DNA from: Macrostomum lignano
Lineage: Eukaryota
Length of the DNA stretch: 64,000 nucleotides
Reading direction: 5' to 3'
Assembly (NCBI GenBank): GCA_002269645.1
Contig: NIVC01003083.1
Coordinates: 1 to 64,000, forward strand
Each line of letters begins with the position of its first letter. The first letter of the stretch is position 1. The notes beneath the pieces were generated by a model, which saw only the letters and a program-made list of their open reading frames with translations, made no database searches and was not told the origin of the DNA. A program made the translations under genes and the position numbers. Shown here piece by piece: positions 11,917 through 24,420 of the stretch.

Positions 11917-14756
11917 TGCTGAAATTCGTGAGGATCATTCTGAATTGTATATTACATCATATGCTAAGCTCAAAAGGTGTTTATCTATATCAGTGTCTTT
12001 TTAGAGCAGGTGCTTAGCCATCTGCTCAGCCACCTGCAAGGCAACCTGCTCAGGCATTGCAGCTCAGGCAGTGGCTGGCTTGGAGCATCAGCTGATTTGA
12101 TTAAAGTTGATTAAAATCTAGCAGATTTATAGTCTATAATTTGTTATCCATAGCCATATTGCATTGAGTTGTGTTTATAAGTATATAATAAGCAGCTTAA
12201 ATTATTATTTGGTGTAATTGGGATGCTTTGGAATATGTTTTCTAAATTTTCCACTTCATCTTGTATTCTTGATTGTTGTATTTTCTTACAAGTCTTTTCT
12301 GGGTCCTTATGTCTATGAAAAAGGGTAGGCCTACCTGCATATAGTGGCTCTTTGATTTTAATTTATAAATTTTAGATGTATACATTTTTTGTTTTAATAG
12401 TTGCAGTTTAATGAGCCACAACACAAATGCCCACAAAGTTTTTATCAGTTTTATTTTATTTGGAATATTCCAATAAATTATAATATATAAATATATATTA
12501 TTTATCTAACAAAAAGAATTCTATATGAATATTATATTTACATATTTATAGTCACAGAATCATGCACTGAAAAAGTTCTTCTTAGGCTTGATAACAATAT
12601 AGAAACATATAGAAACTAATAGATAAAAGTCTTAAATAACATTTATCATTTTTGATATTCTGTTTTTTAATTTGACTAAGAACATCTAAAGAAATCATAC
12701 TTTTTTATTAGAATATTTAAACTTATTTAAAGGCAACAAAGGTACAAAAGAATAGGCAGCCTTATGGTCATAACATTATGGTTTTAACTTTTTTCTGTCA
12801 ATTCACTAACTTTGAATTACCAATAGATTAAAAATTTAATAGATTATATGGCCATTAATGTTTATATCTAATTATGCAAATACTATAATTTTATCTATAG
12901 TTTGTTTCAATCTTCCAAAGCTTTTTATTTGTTTTCAAAAGGTACACAAAGTTAATGATGTCTTTTGCTTAAAAAAATGTCCAATTTTTTATAAAAATAG
13001 CTTTTTGCCAACTGATATTATACTAATCCAACATTTTACCATTCATTTTTGGCATTTGTTATTTGTCCAATGACTGGACAAATAGCCTTTTTGCTATTTG
13101 TCTGCTTAAATTGCTAACACAAGTATCTGTTTGTTTTATGATGAATATTCTAAATTTTTAAGACCTTTTCTTGTATATTAATTAATATTTTCTTATATAC
13201 TGTTAGCAAAGCAATGTATTCAATTTGGCATAATTTTGTATATAAGACACACTAGTATAACAACATAATAAACTAATAATCAAGATACAAATAAGAAGTC
13301 TTTAAAGTCTAGGAATATTTATCCTTGTAGTTTCTATGAAATAGATTTTTTAGCATTATTAATTTAATTGGACAAATAACAAAATGTCTATTTGTCCAGT
13401 ATTAACTAGATGAATAAGAAAGCATGGTCATAATCCAGTAACTGGACAAATAACAATTGCTTTTATTTTTAGATTGTATGCTAGTATAGGCTTATATTAT
13501 ACATAAAGAACATTTGGCAGAAAAATTAGCTAGCAAGGCAATGGTGAGCAAAATATTGACTTTTTACTATTTTCCAAATATGTCTATCTTATCTGGCTGG
13601 AATGAGCCACCTGACATAGGCCCTACTCACTATATATTCCACTCTTGACTCCAAGGTGCATATAGGAAAAAGATTATTTAAGTGTAAGGTGTGCGATGAA
13701 AAATACAAAGTGGGACTGTAGCCTAAGAGCAATGCTGTTACCTAGCTATTTAAGAAGTAGTACTTCAACCAACCTGCTGTCTAGCAACAAATGAGATCTA
13801 CTGTCACTGACATATGACAAGCATATCTAAGATGCTTGAAGTTTAAAAAAATTCTTAATACTCTGGTCACAGTTGCTGTGTCACTGTCACAGATTCATCA
13901 GTTAATTCATCACAAATAAGCCCTCAAATCTCTAGAAGGTATTCATTTGAAGTAGCCAGGATCACCATATTATTTTTTGTTATTGGCCCTTGCTCTATGC
14001 ACTGCCTACAAACTTGAAGGTCTATATTATATTATTACACAATCTAAATATACTAAATCTCTAAGGTTTGTTTGTATGCTTGAATGAATGTCCATAATGC
14101 TCTAGTTGTATAACTAAATTCATGCAAATATATATCTAGATTTGAAAGGCCTTCTCGTCTCAATTTCAGCACAAAAAGTGCCAGGAATCAGGTCGACAGG
14201 TCATTCGCAAGTCAGTTTCATCACATACTACTATTGTATCAATATTTACACAAACTACACGTCACAATTTACACAATGATGTATGACAAAAAATTACATA
14301 TATTACAAACTACACGTCACAATTTACACAAATATTTACACAATAATTAATATATTACAAAAAAGCTATGCGATTAGCGAATACGTGGCTACACACACAT
14401 CAGCCATAGCTTTTATGATAGCTAGAAGAAAAAATTATTGCCGATGTAACGCATCAGCTATGGTAAACAAAGAAACACTAGGAGAACTAATGACGCAGCG
14501 CGAGAAAAATCTGTTTTAGATTTGCGGCTGTTAGTTTGTTCACATAAGATAGGCATATTAAGTGTTTTAGTAAAATAAAATGCAAATACAATAAATAAAC
14601 GTATTTTTTTCTCCTAAAACAGAACCCACCGATCGCATCAGTTTTTTTTATCAATAAATTATTACATTTGTTATACTACAGATAAATTTCCGGTGGTCTA
14701 AGCCAAGTGTAATAACTAGCGCAACGATCCCTAAATCATCGCTTGTGACGCTTGGA

Positions 14757-17700
14757 ACCCCAAATCAACTCAAGAAGGCCCAAACCAGCCCTAGGAAGCT
14801 CAAACTAGCCCTGGAAAGCTCAAACTAGCGCTGGAAAGCTCAAATTGGCGCGGGAAAGCTCGAATTGGCGCCGGAAGCAAAATTTGGCGCCAGGATCCCC
14901 AAATTGGCGCCAGGAACCCCAAATCAACTCAAGAAGGCCCAAACCAGCCCTAGGAAGCTCAAACTAGCCCTTGAAAGCTCAAACTAGCCCTGGAAAGCTC
15001 AAACTAGCGCTGGAAAGCTCAAATTGGCGCGGGAAAGCTCGAATTGGCGCCGGAAGCTAAATTTGGCGCCAGGATCCCCAAATTGGCGCCAGGAACCCCA
15101 AATCAACTCAAGAAGGCCCAAACCAGCCCTAGGAAGCTCAAACTAGCCCTGGAAAGCTCAAACTAGCGCTGGAAAGCTCAAATTGGCGCGGGAAAGCTCG
15201 AATTGGCGCCGGAAGCTAAATTTGGCGTCAGGATCCCCAAATTGGCGCCAGGAACCCCAAATCAACTCAAGAAGGCCCAAACCAGCCCTAGGAAGCTCAA
15301 ACTAGCCCTGGAAAGCTCAAACTAGCGCTGGAAAGCTCAAATTGGCGCGGGAAAGCTCGAATTGGCGCCGGAAGCTAAATTTGGCGCCAGGATCCCCAAA
15401 TTGGCGCCAGGAACCCCAAATCAACTCAAGAAGGCCCAAACCAGCCCTAGGAAGCTCAAACTAGCCCTGGAAAGCTCAAACTAGCGCTGGAAAGCTCAAA
15501 TTGGCGCGGGAAAGCTCGAATTGGCGCCGGAAGCTAAATTTGGCGCCAGGATCCCCAAATTGGCACCAGGAACCCCAAATCAACTCAAGAAGGCCCAAAC
15601 CAGCCCTAGGAAGCTCAAACTAGCCCTGGAAAGCTCAAACTAGCGCTGGAAAGCTCAAATTGGCGCGGGAAAGCTCGAATTGGCGCCGGAAGCTAAATTT
15701 GGCGCCAGGAACCCCAAATCAACTCAAGAAGGCCCAAACCAGCCCTAGGAAGCTCAAACTAGCCCTGGAAAGCTCAAACTAGCGCTGGAAAGCTCAAATT
15801 GGCGCGGGAAAGCTCGAATTGGCGCCGGAAGCTAAATTTGGCGCCAGGATCCCCAAATTGGCGCCAGGAACCCCAAATCAACTCAAGAAGGCCCAAACCA
15901 GCCCTAGGAAGCTCAAACTAGCCCTGGAAAGCTCAAACTAGCGCTGGAAAGCTCAAATTGGCGCGGGAAAGCTCGAATTGGCGCCGGAAGCTAAATTTGG
16001 CGCCAGGATCTCCAAATTGGCGCCAGGAACCCCAAATCAACTCAAGAAGGCCCAAACCAGCCCTAGGAAGCTCAAACTAGCCCTGGAAAGCTCAAACTAG
16101 CGCTGGAAAGCTCAAATTGGCGCGGGAAAGCTCGAATTGGCGCCGGAAGCTAAATTTGGCGCCAGGATCCCCAAATTGGCGCCAGGAACCCCAAATCAAC
16201 TCAAGAAGGCCCAAACCAGCCCTAGGAAGCTCAAACTAGCCCTGGAAAGCTCAAACTAGCGCTGGAAAGCTCAAATTGGCGCGGGAAAGCTCGAATTGGC
16301 GCCGGAAGCTAAATTTGGCGCCAGGAACCCCAAATCAACTCAAGAAGGCCCAAACCAGCCCTAGGAAGCTCAAACTAGCCCTGGAAAGCTCAAACTAGCG
16401 CTGGAAAGCTCAAATTGGCGCGGGAAAGCTCGAATTGGCGCCGGAAGCTAAATTTGGCGCCAGGATCCCCAAATTGGCGCCAGGAACCCCAAATCAACTC
16501 AAGAAGGCCCAAACCAGCCCTAGGAAGCTCAAACTAGCCCTGGAAAGCTCAAACTAGCGCTGGAAAGCTCAAATTGGCGCGGGAAAGCTCGAATTGGCGC
16601 CGGAAGCTAAATTTGGCGCCAGGATCCCCAAATTGGCGCCAGGAACCCCAAATCAACTCAAGAAGGCCCAAACCAGCCCTAGGAAGCTCAAACTAGCCCT
16701 TGAAAGCTCAAACTAGCCCTGGAAAGCTCAAACTAGCGCTGGAAAGCTCAAATTGGCGCGGGAAAGCTCGAATTGGCGCCGGAAGCTAAATTTGGCGCCA
16801 GGATCCCCAAATTGGCGCCAGGAACCCCAAATCAACTCAAGAAGGCCCAAACCAGCCCTAGGAAGCTCAAACTAGCCCTGGAAAGCTCAAACTAGCGCTG
16901 GAAAGCTCAAATTGGCGCGGGAAAGCTCGAATTGGCGCCGGAAGCTAAATTTGGCGCCAGGAACCCCAAATCAACTCAAGAAGGCCCAAACCAGCCCTAG
17001 GAAGCTCAAACTAGCCCTGGAAAGCTCAAACTAGCGCTGGAAAGCTCAAATTGGCGCGGGAAAGCTCGAATTGGCGCCGGAAGCTAAATTTGGCGCCAGG
17101 ATCCCCAAATTGGCGCCAGGAACCCCAAATCAACTCAAGAAGGCCCAAACCAGCCCTAGGAAGCTCAAACTAGCCCTGGAAAGCTCAAACTAGCGCTGGA
17201 AAGCTCAAATTGGCGCGGGAAAGCTCGAATTGGCGCCGGAAGCTAAATTTGGCGCCAGGATCCCCAAATTGGCGCCAGGAACCCCAAATCAACTCAAGAA
17301 GGCCCAAACCAGCCCTAGGAAGCTCAAACTAGCCCTTGAAAGCTCAAACTAGCCCTGGAAAGCTCAAACTAGCGCTGGAAAGCTCAAATTGGCGCGGGAA
17401 AGCTCGAATTGGCGCCGGAAGCTAAATTTGGCGCCAGGATCCCCAAATTGGCGCCAGGAACCCCAAATCAACTCAAGAAGGCCCAAACCAGCCCTAGGAA
17501 GCTCAAACTAGCCCTGGAAAGCTCAAACTAGCGCTGGAAAGCTCAAATTGGCGCGGGAAAGCTCGAATTGGCGCCGGAAGCTAAATTTGGCGCCAGGATC
17601 CCCAAATTGGCGCCAGGAACCCCAAATCAACTCAAGAAGGCCCAAACCAGCCCTAGGAAGCTCAAACTAGCCCTGGAAAGCTCAAACTAGCGCTGGAAAG

Positions 17701-18095
17701 CTCAAATTGGCGCGGGAAAGCTCGAATTGGCGCCGGAAGCTAAATTTGGCGCCAGGATCCCCAAATTGGCGCCAGGAACCCCAAATCAACTCAAGAAGGC
17801 CCAAACCAGCCCTAGGAAGCTCAAACTAGCCCTGGAAAGCTCAAACTAGCGCTGGAAAGCTCAAATTGGCGCGGGAAAGCTCGAATTGGCGCCGGAAGCT
17901 AAATTTGGCGCCAGGATCCCCAAATTGGCGCCAGGAACCCCAAATCAACTCAAGAAGGCCCAAACCAGCCCTAGGAAGCTCAAACTAGCCCTGGAAAGCT
18001 CAAACTAGCGCTGGAAAGCTCAAATTGGCGCGGGAAAGCTCGAATTGGCGCCGGAAGCTAAATTTGGCGCCAGGATCCCCAAATTGGCGCCAGGA
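14757..18095. repeat. 159-bp higher-order satellite (~21 copies) made of eight ~20-bp subrepeats; 139- and 179-bp variants
   Basis: Period 15091->15250 = 159. The 15581->15720 unit is 139 (one subrepeat missing). Some units carry an extra cttgaaagctcaaactagcc. Confidence 0.97.
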
Positions 18096-19481
18096 TCGCC
18101 GAATCAGCGCTGGAATTTGCCAACGGGCGTAGAAGTGGCAGCATATATCAGCTTGCTACTTTTTGGCGCCGATTTTAATATACCGGCGCCAATTTCAGCC
18201 TTTGGGCGCCCATTTTAGCGCCCTGGCAAGGTCAATGCATTTAGTTCTCACGCGATGGCGCCAAAAAATTTTTTTTTTTTTTTGAATTAGTGCCATGTAT
18301 CTTGCCAACCAATACGAGTCAAGTTCTGGCGTCTGCTTTTCCACAGCCGCCTGGCTGGGTCCCGTCAACAAGCTATTTTTAGCGTGGGAAACTGTCTGAC
18401 TCACTCATTTGATTCCCCGAGTCCACGGGTGCAAGGGCTAGCCAAGGTGGACCCACGGTGGAGCCACCTGGCTAGCCACGTATTTTTTGTGTAGTGGATT
18501 GTCTGGCTAGCCTGGGAATATGCTCTGGAGAATATACGCCCCGCCCCTCAATCCTCTCCCCTCTTTGTGGACATTCTGTCTGCACAGGTGTACAGCCTTA
18601 TTCCCTCGGACTTACAGTCTGATCCTCCCCCAAGCATCCCCGCTCCCGACCCTTCCTCGTAGAAATTTCCCACATTCATTAGGCAGATTGCCTTCTTATC
18701 TAATGCTGTCAGCATTCCCTATTAGTATTTAGAAGTTCCCCATTAGTGTGCTTTCCCAGGCAACTCTGATCCATCGCGAAGCCCTTAATTCCCCTCTCCC
18801 ATCTTTATTCCCTCGGACTAGTTAAGTTAATATAGATTGTGTCTTGCCGCTCGGACACTCACGCCACCAGGAGCAACCATTGGCTTACTCCTATTAGTAA
18901 TAAAACTAGCATATCTATCAGAAATCCCCAAGAATCCCATAACTTACCCTACAACAAATTTGGTTGCAGCAGTGAGATTATTAAACAGAGAGACAGAACC
19001 CTACAACAATTTGGTGTCAGCAATAGGAAAACTTCCCTCCCCCAAGACCCCTGTAACAAATTTGGTAACAGCGGTGGGATTTTCTTAATAATAAACAGCC
19101 CTATAACATGTGAAAAAAATAGGTATGCTGGTGTCCTATATTTAATTTTCCGTAAAATTCAATATTTTTTTTAAATTGTAAATTCTTACGAGCGTATTAT
19201 ATTTTACACCATTTTCTATGTTAAAATCTTGAATTAGCACAACTGTATTTTTTGCAGTGCTGCCAAAAACTACACAAGTGAGCTCGCCTTCAGGACATTT
19301 CCTGTCCAACTGTAATCTGCTCATTAAAAAGTTCCTAAGAAATCAAATAGAAATACCGGACTTACCCTAAAATCATGGATTTGTTGTAATTAAATTTATC
19401 AGATTCAACCAGCTAGGTAATAAAATTAGCATGCAAAAATATGGTTTCTATCTCAAAAATATCTGGTGAAATCTATGTAAT

Positions 19482-19972
<491 letters not shown>

Positions 19973-20954
19973 TCGATATTCTAATCTAACACAACCCTAC
20001 ATGTACATCATGCTTAGTCAAATATACCAAGGGAACTAATCGTCCGCTTCTGCATGTGGTCTGATCTGCGTGAGAAGGAGTGGATCTTCCGAGACGTCTT
20101 AGACTAAAAACTAAATTGGATTGTATACAAACCTAAAATTACGTTGGGAAAAGCAATAGCTAGCTTTCATAGTTGTCAGTTACTTGTCTCATTTATTAGG
20201 CACTTTGTACATGCGTACTTACGTACGTACTTACGAGTAATTATACTGGTAATTTTCTCCCGTCTGAAGTTCTTTATTACTTTTTTAGACGTAAGAACGC
20301 AATTTTACCTCTTTTTATTTTACATTTTGTATCAAATTCGAAAAATAATTGTTATAAATATAAGTATGAACTGCTGATTAAGTGCGCTTAAATATGAAAC
20401 TTTATTGCCTGATTGATATTTAATACATGATGAAAGGCTTGTAATAGTTCATTTTCAATGGTTTGATGCATTTGCCAATTTGAAGAAATGCACCTTGCTG
20501 GCTTGTCGCACTTTAACTACGCAACTCTAAGGTAGCAGCTAAGGTAGTGGTTTAAGACTGCCTTCCCGTCAGTCTCTCCCCCCGTATTTACTATAGCACC
20601 TGGTCTGCATACAGTTGCTGTTGGTCTGCTTAAGCCTGCTTTTGGTTGCTTGCATGTTCCGGTTGGTTAATCATGAAAAAAATAGAGGGAAACAAAAGCA
20701 GATGCTGCTTCTGAAGAGAGTCAAAAAGAGTTAAGTGTCTTCTAAAGATTTGAAGCGACTTGCCTTGGTTTGCGCCTGTTTGACAACTTCATTTCTCTGC
20801 TTTCGGCAGTCGCTTTTTTGGCTAAGAGTTCAACGTATTTTTACCACACGACATCGGAATGGCTGTTTAATATTTTAAATTTAATAGCTCGTACTTTCAG
20901 ATTCAGTGTATGCTAAAGTACTTAACTTTATTCTGAAAGAGTTCTGCATTCTTT

Positions 20955-21009
20955 GTAATAATAATAATAATAAAAATAAAAATAAAAATAATAATAATAA
21001 TAATAATAA

Positions 21010-21078
<69 letters not shown>

Positions 21079-21357
21079 TGATTTCACCTGCCCCAATGGC
21101 CAGATGTGCAACCGACAGCTCAGCCGCAGCTATTGCGCGGCGCATCTGAAGGCTGCGTATGGCTGTTCAGTCCAAGGACTGGGGGGTCGCCACACACAGC
21201 CTCAATTATACCCCAGCTAATGCTGGCACCCATTTTACTGCTGAGTGAACTGAGTTAAGTGTCTTGCGCAAGGACACAAATTGTTCCGAGTTAGGTCGGG
21301 AATCGAACCACCGACCTTTCAGCCGTGAGTCCGGCGCTCTAACGACTAGGCCAAAAC
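20955..21357 (-). mobile_element. tRNA-derived SINE with (ATT)n tail
   Basis: Minus-strand head has A-box-like tggcctagtcgttagagc and B-box ggttcgattcc. The body is shared with the copy at 44340-44640 and ends in a long (ATT)n tail. The core (gtccttgcgcaagacacttaac...gtaaaatgggtgcc) resembles the Meta/MESC SINE domain, from memory. Confidence 0.85.
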
Positions 21358-22221
21358 CCCCAGGCTGGATCTTTATGTAAATGAATGTGTAGAGTGAGCC
21401 GTGGTTTCAAATTATTGATAGTAGTAGATGTTGTAAGAGTCTTGTTGGTTGCTATTGTGGGGCGTTTCTATTTATAGACTCGAAAAGATGCGCGAGAAAG
21501 TTTCGAGTACATTGCCATATATGGCAGATGAGGATCGGGTCTATAAGATTCCGAAACTACGTGAGGCAATATGAGTTAACATTGTAATTAAAAAAAAGAC
21601 AGCATACAAGTTTCTATAGTGCATGTTTCACAGAATTATTGCTCGTACAAGCATATCGACACGACAGAGCTTCTATAAAAATAAAATATTGATTGGCAAA
21701 GAAATTCATTTTTTACCGAATCTTAGTCATCTATTGCGATTTTGTTACAGGAAAACAGACAAGAAAAAAGTACAAAACGTAAAAATCCAGCTATTAACAA
21801 TGCATTCGATTGATAGCTAGGATACACGTTGACATTAGCTAAGAATAAAAAACTAACATTCTATAGCTGTTCAAGTATCTGATTGAAGGATAAAAAAGTT
21901 GAAAACGACCACAAAAAGATTTAGAAGAGTTTTTTAAAATGTTCCAATTGACGTTGACGATTTGAGTAAAAAAAACCGCGCTTTTAAGAGATCGATTTTA
22001 AGAGATCTACAGCGAATACGTTGTGACCAGAACGTCTTCAATTTTTATTTTGATGCAACTTTGCTCTCGCATTGCGGCACATCAGAAAACGACTAATGTT
22101 GATATACGAAGTAGTACTGCCGTCCTTTCTACTATAGCTCAATTATAGATGTCTCTCTAAACAATAAAAGTGTTTATCGACTTTTTAATTCACAAACCAA
22201 GATTTTCCTTGGACAAAAAGT

Positions 22222-24420
22222 TCAGATTAGCATGAGTATCTCCAGCTGCTTGAAGCTATAATAAAATCCATCCGTGATGTTATTTGGAGCATTTCCAGCC
22301 CAGACAATGCCTTGGGCTCGGTAGCTGCCTGGCACGTTCAGCGCTGTCGGATAGTTGAAATAGAGGCCAAACGGGCCGGAGCTGTGGCAGCATTTATGCC
22401 AGTGAGGCACGTAACGGATGGCGCAATTAATATGGCAGTCACTAGCACTTTGTCCGCGATCTCGAGTTACAAACTGTATATTCAGGCCTTTGAACAGGTT
22501 ATTTTTCAGACTTCCACCTTCAGGCGAATAGGTGTAAGCAGAGACTGTGTAGTTGGTGCTCTCTGACTCAATTCGAACGTTCAGGTAGTAGGCGTAGATG
22601 TAGGTGTCGTTCCAGTAAAGCAGGTCGACGCGGAGCCGGTTGCTGCTGGGCTGAGCGCTGGTGCGGCTGTGAAGCCACTGCAGACCTGGCGAGGTACAGT
22701 TCTTGGGCAGTAATATTCTTCTAAATAGCACAGCACACGTGTATCAAGGACCATTGTAGTATAACAGTACGTAAACCTTATGGATCGTGTATTTTAGGAG
22801 GCTAATTTCCTGGAAAAAAATACACTGCGAAGATAGGAAAAGTCATCATTTTTCATCACAAAATCTATGATTGCATTTGATTTGGGGAAGTAAAGATAGC
22901 CATTTTTTTTAGCATGCAAATCATGTTAGCCTGTTGTATTTTACAGAGTTGTGCAGTGAAAATTTCATTTTCATATTGTTTTCTGTTTATTTCATAAGGG
23001 CCAAAGTTGTAAATATGATCACAAGTGAATGTTTTGCTTGGGTTCCTTCTTGAAGCAAGTATTGTTAATGTTGCATACCGGTACTCTTAGCCTTAAGCTA
23101 GGCCTTGGCTTTAAAGTTGGTAGTTTTCTAAAGAAAACAATATGAAAAATGATAAAACACTGTTTACATTTAATTACTTAGACAGGTAATAGGAATCTAT
23201 ATAACTAAATCTAATAGCTACTAAAATGCATTTAAATGGAACTATGCCTACAATAAAGGCTTAAGAGTACCAGAAAGCAACAATTTTTTTTTTATAACTA
23301 TAATATACTTGATTTAATAAAGAACACAAGAAAAAAATTTGTTTGAATTTTTCCTCTCTCCGTGGTGTATTTTTTCTAGGAAATTGGCCTCCTAAAAATT
23401 ATACGATCTTTGAATTTTACATCTTGTACAGTGGTCCTTGATGTCTATATGCGCAGCAGTACGAGCGTACATCAAAATTTACCAGCAAAGTAATTGTCGT
23501 GATAATTTCCGAAGCCGGCCTTGTACTCGGCCCACAGCCGGTCAAAGCTCAGCGCGTCCGACACTCGAAGATTGACAGTTTCGAAGCACTGCTGAGTCCC
23601 AACGGTGTAGAACTCCTTATTTTGAAAAAAAATATAAACGTCAAAAATGACTAAACTTAAATCTCGTTAGTTACTTCAAATTAGAGAATTTCAATCTTTT
23701 CAAGCAAATAAAACCGAATGCACTTAGTTGCGTACTCACATAGACATCCAACTCCAAGCTGTTTAGTGGCTGCTCAAACCAGCGGCACAGCGGGTAGTCG
23801 GTGAGCAGAGAACAGTTGCTAGAGTTGAACACAATCCCGCGACAGACCGGCACTACGCTGCACTTGGCAACACAGCTAATGAGCGATGCGTTACCCGGCT
23901 GGTGCTGCAGCCAGGCGGCGAAGATCTTCACAGAGTTTTTCGGAATATGGAACCGCTTGTGAGTCACGTTTCGAGTTGCCAGGTACTCTGCGTGATGTAG
24001 ATTAATTAGTAATAAAGCTGCTTCATTTAAACATCCAAGAAACCCTGACTTGATTTTACAGTGGCCAATCTCACCAGTTCGGTAGTTCTCCAGTCGATCG
24101 GTGGAGACCCGAGCGGAGAGCACACCGGTGCAGGACGCATTCCAGCCTAGCAGCGCCGTCTCCGCAGTGAACAGTCGGCAGACACCATCAGTATCGAAGC
24201 TCATCGCAGCGCACCAGGATCTCCTGGCGCAGAGCAGGGCGCACTGTTTCTCGCTGTTCAGTTGCAGAGACAGCTGTGTCGAGTTTGAGTCGATTGGGCA
24301 GCCGGATATGCTCGTCAGATTAAGTCTCAGCTGCTGACAGCTGGGGTTAAAGGACTGAGCAGACATGCTCTGCAACGACACCAGCAGAAGAAAAATCACG
24401 TTGTCAGCGTTCATTTTCAT
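22222..24420 (-). CDS. Secreted protein: signal peptide + two PAN/Apple domains + fibrinogen C-terminal (FReD) domain; exons 24420-23740, 23615-23483, 22685-22222 (~425 aa)
   Basis: Hydrophobic N-terminus; PAN patterns QCALLCARRSWCAAMSF..GVCRL and SCVAKCSVVPVCRGIVF..NCSL. The middle exon (not in the ORF track) reads SFDRLWAEYKAGFGN..YFAG. The last exon has GLQWLH, LRVDL, F.T.DR, CA, GIVW and YSFK..E. Phases 0 and 1 fit. Confidence 0.88.

Larger units (their letters stand above)
4600..12100 (-). mobile_element. Putative KDZ DNA transposon with ZnF and ZnF-SET cargo genes (ends not identified)
   Basis: KDZ transposase, ZnF ORF and ZnF-SET gene are co-oriented and closely packed, and share an internal 291-bp repeat. 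No TIR or TSD was found, so the boundaries are approximate. Confidence 0.55.

Noticed and set aside
4500-14750. Terminal inverted repeats or TSD for the KDZ element
   Set aside because: I looked by eye near 4560-4700 and 12000-14750 and found no convincing pair, so the ends are left undefined.
14757-18095. CRISPR-like appearance of regularly spaced repeats (also 40270-41340 and 55135-56320)
   Set aside because: No unique spacers, no cas genes and a eukaryotic context; these are tandem satellites.
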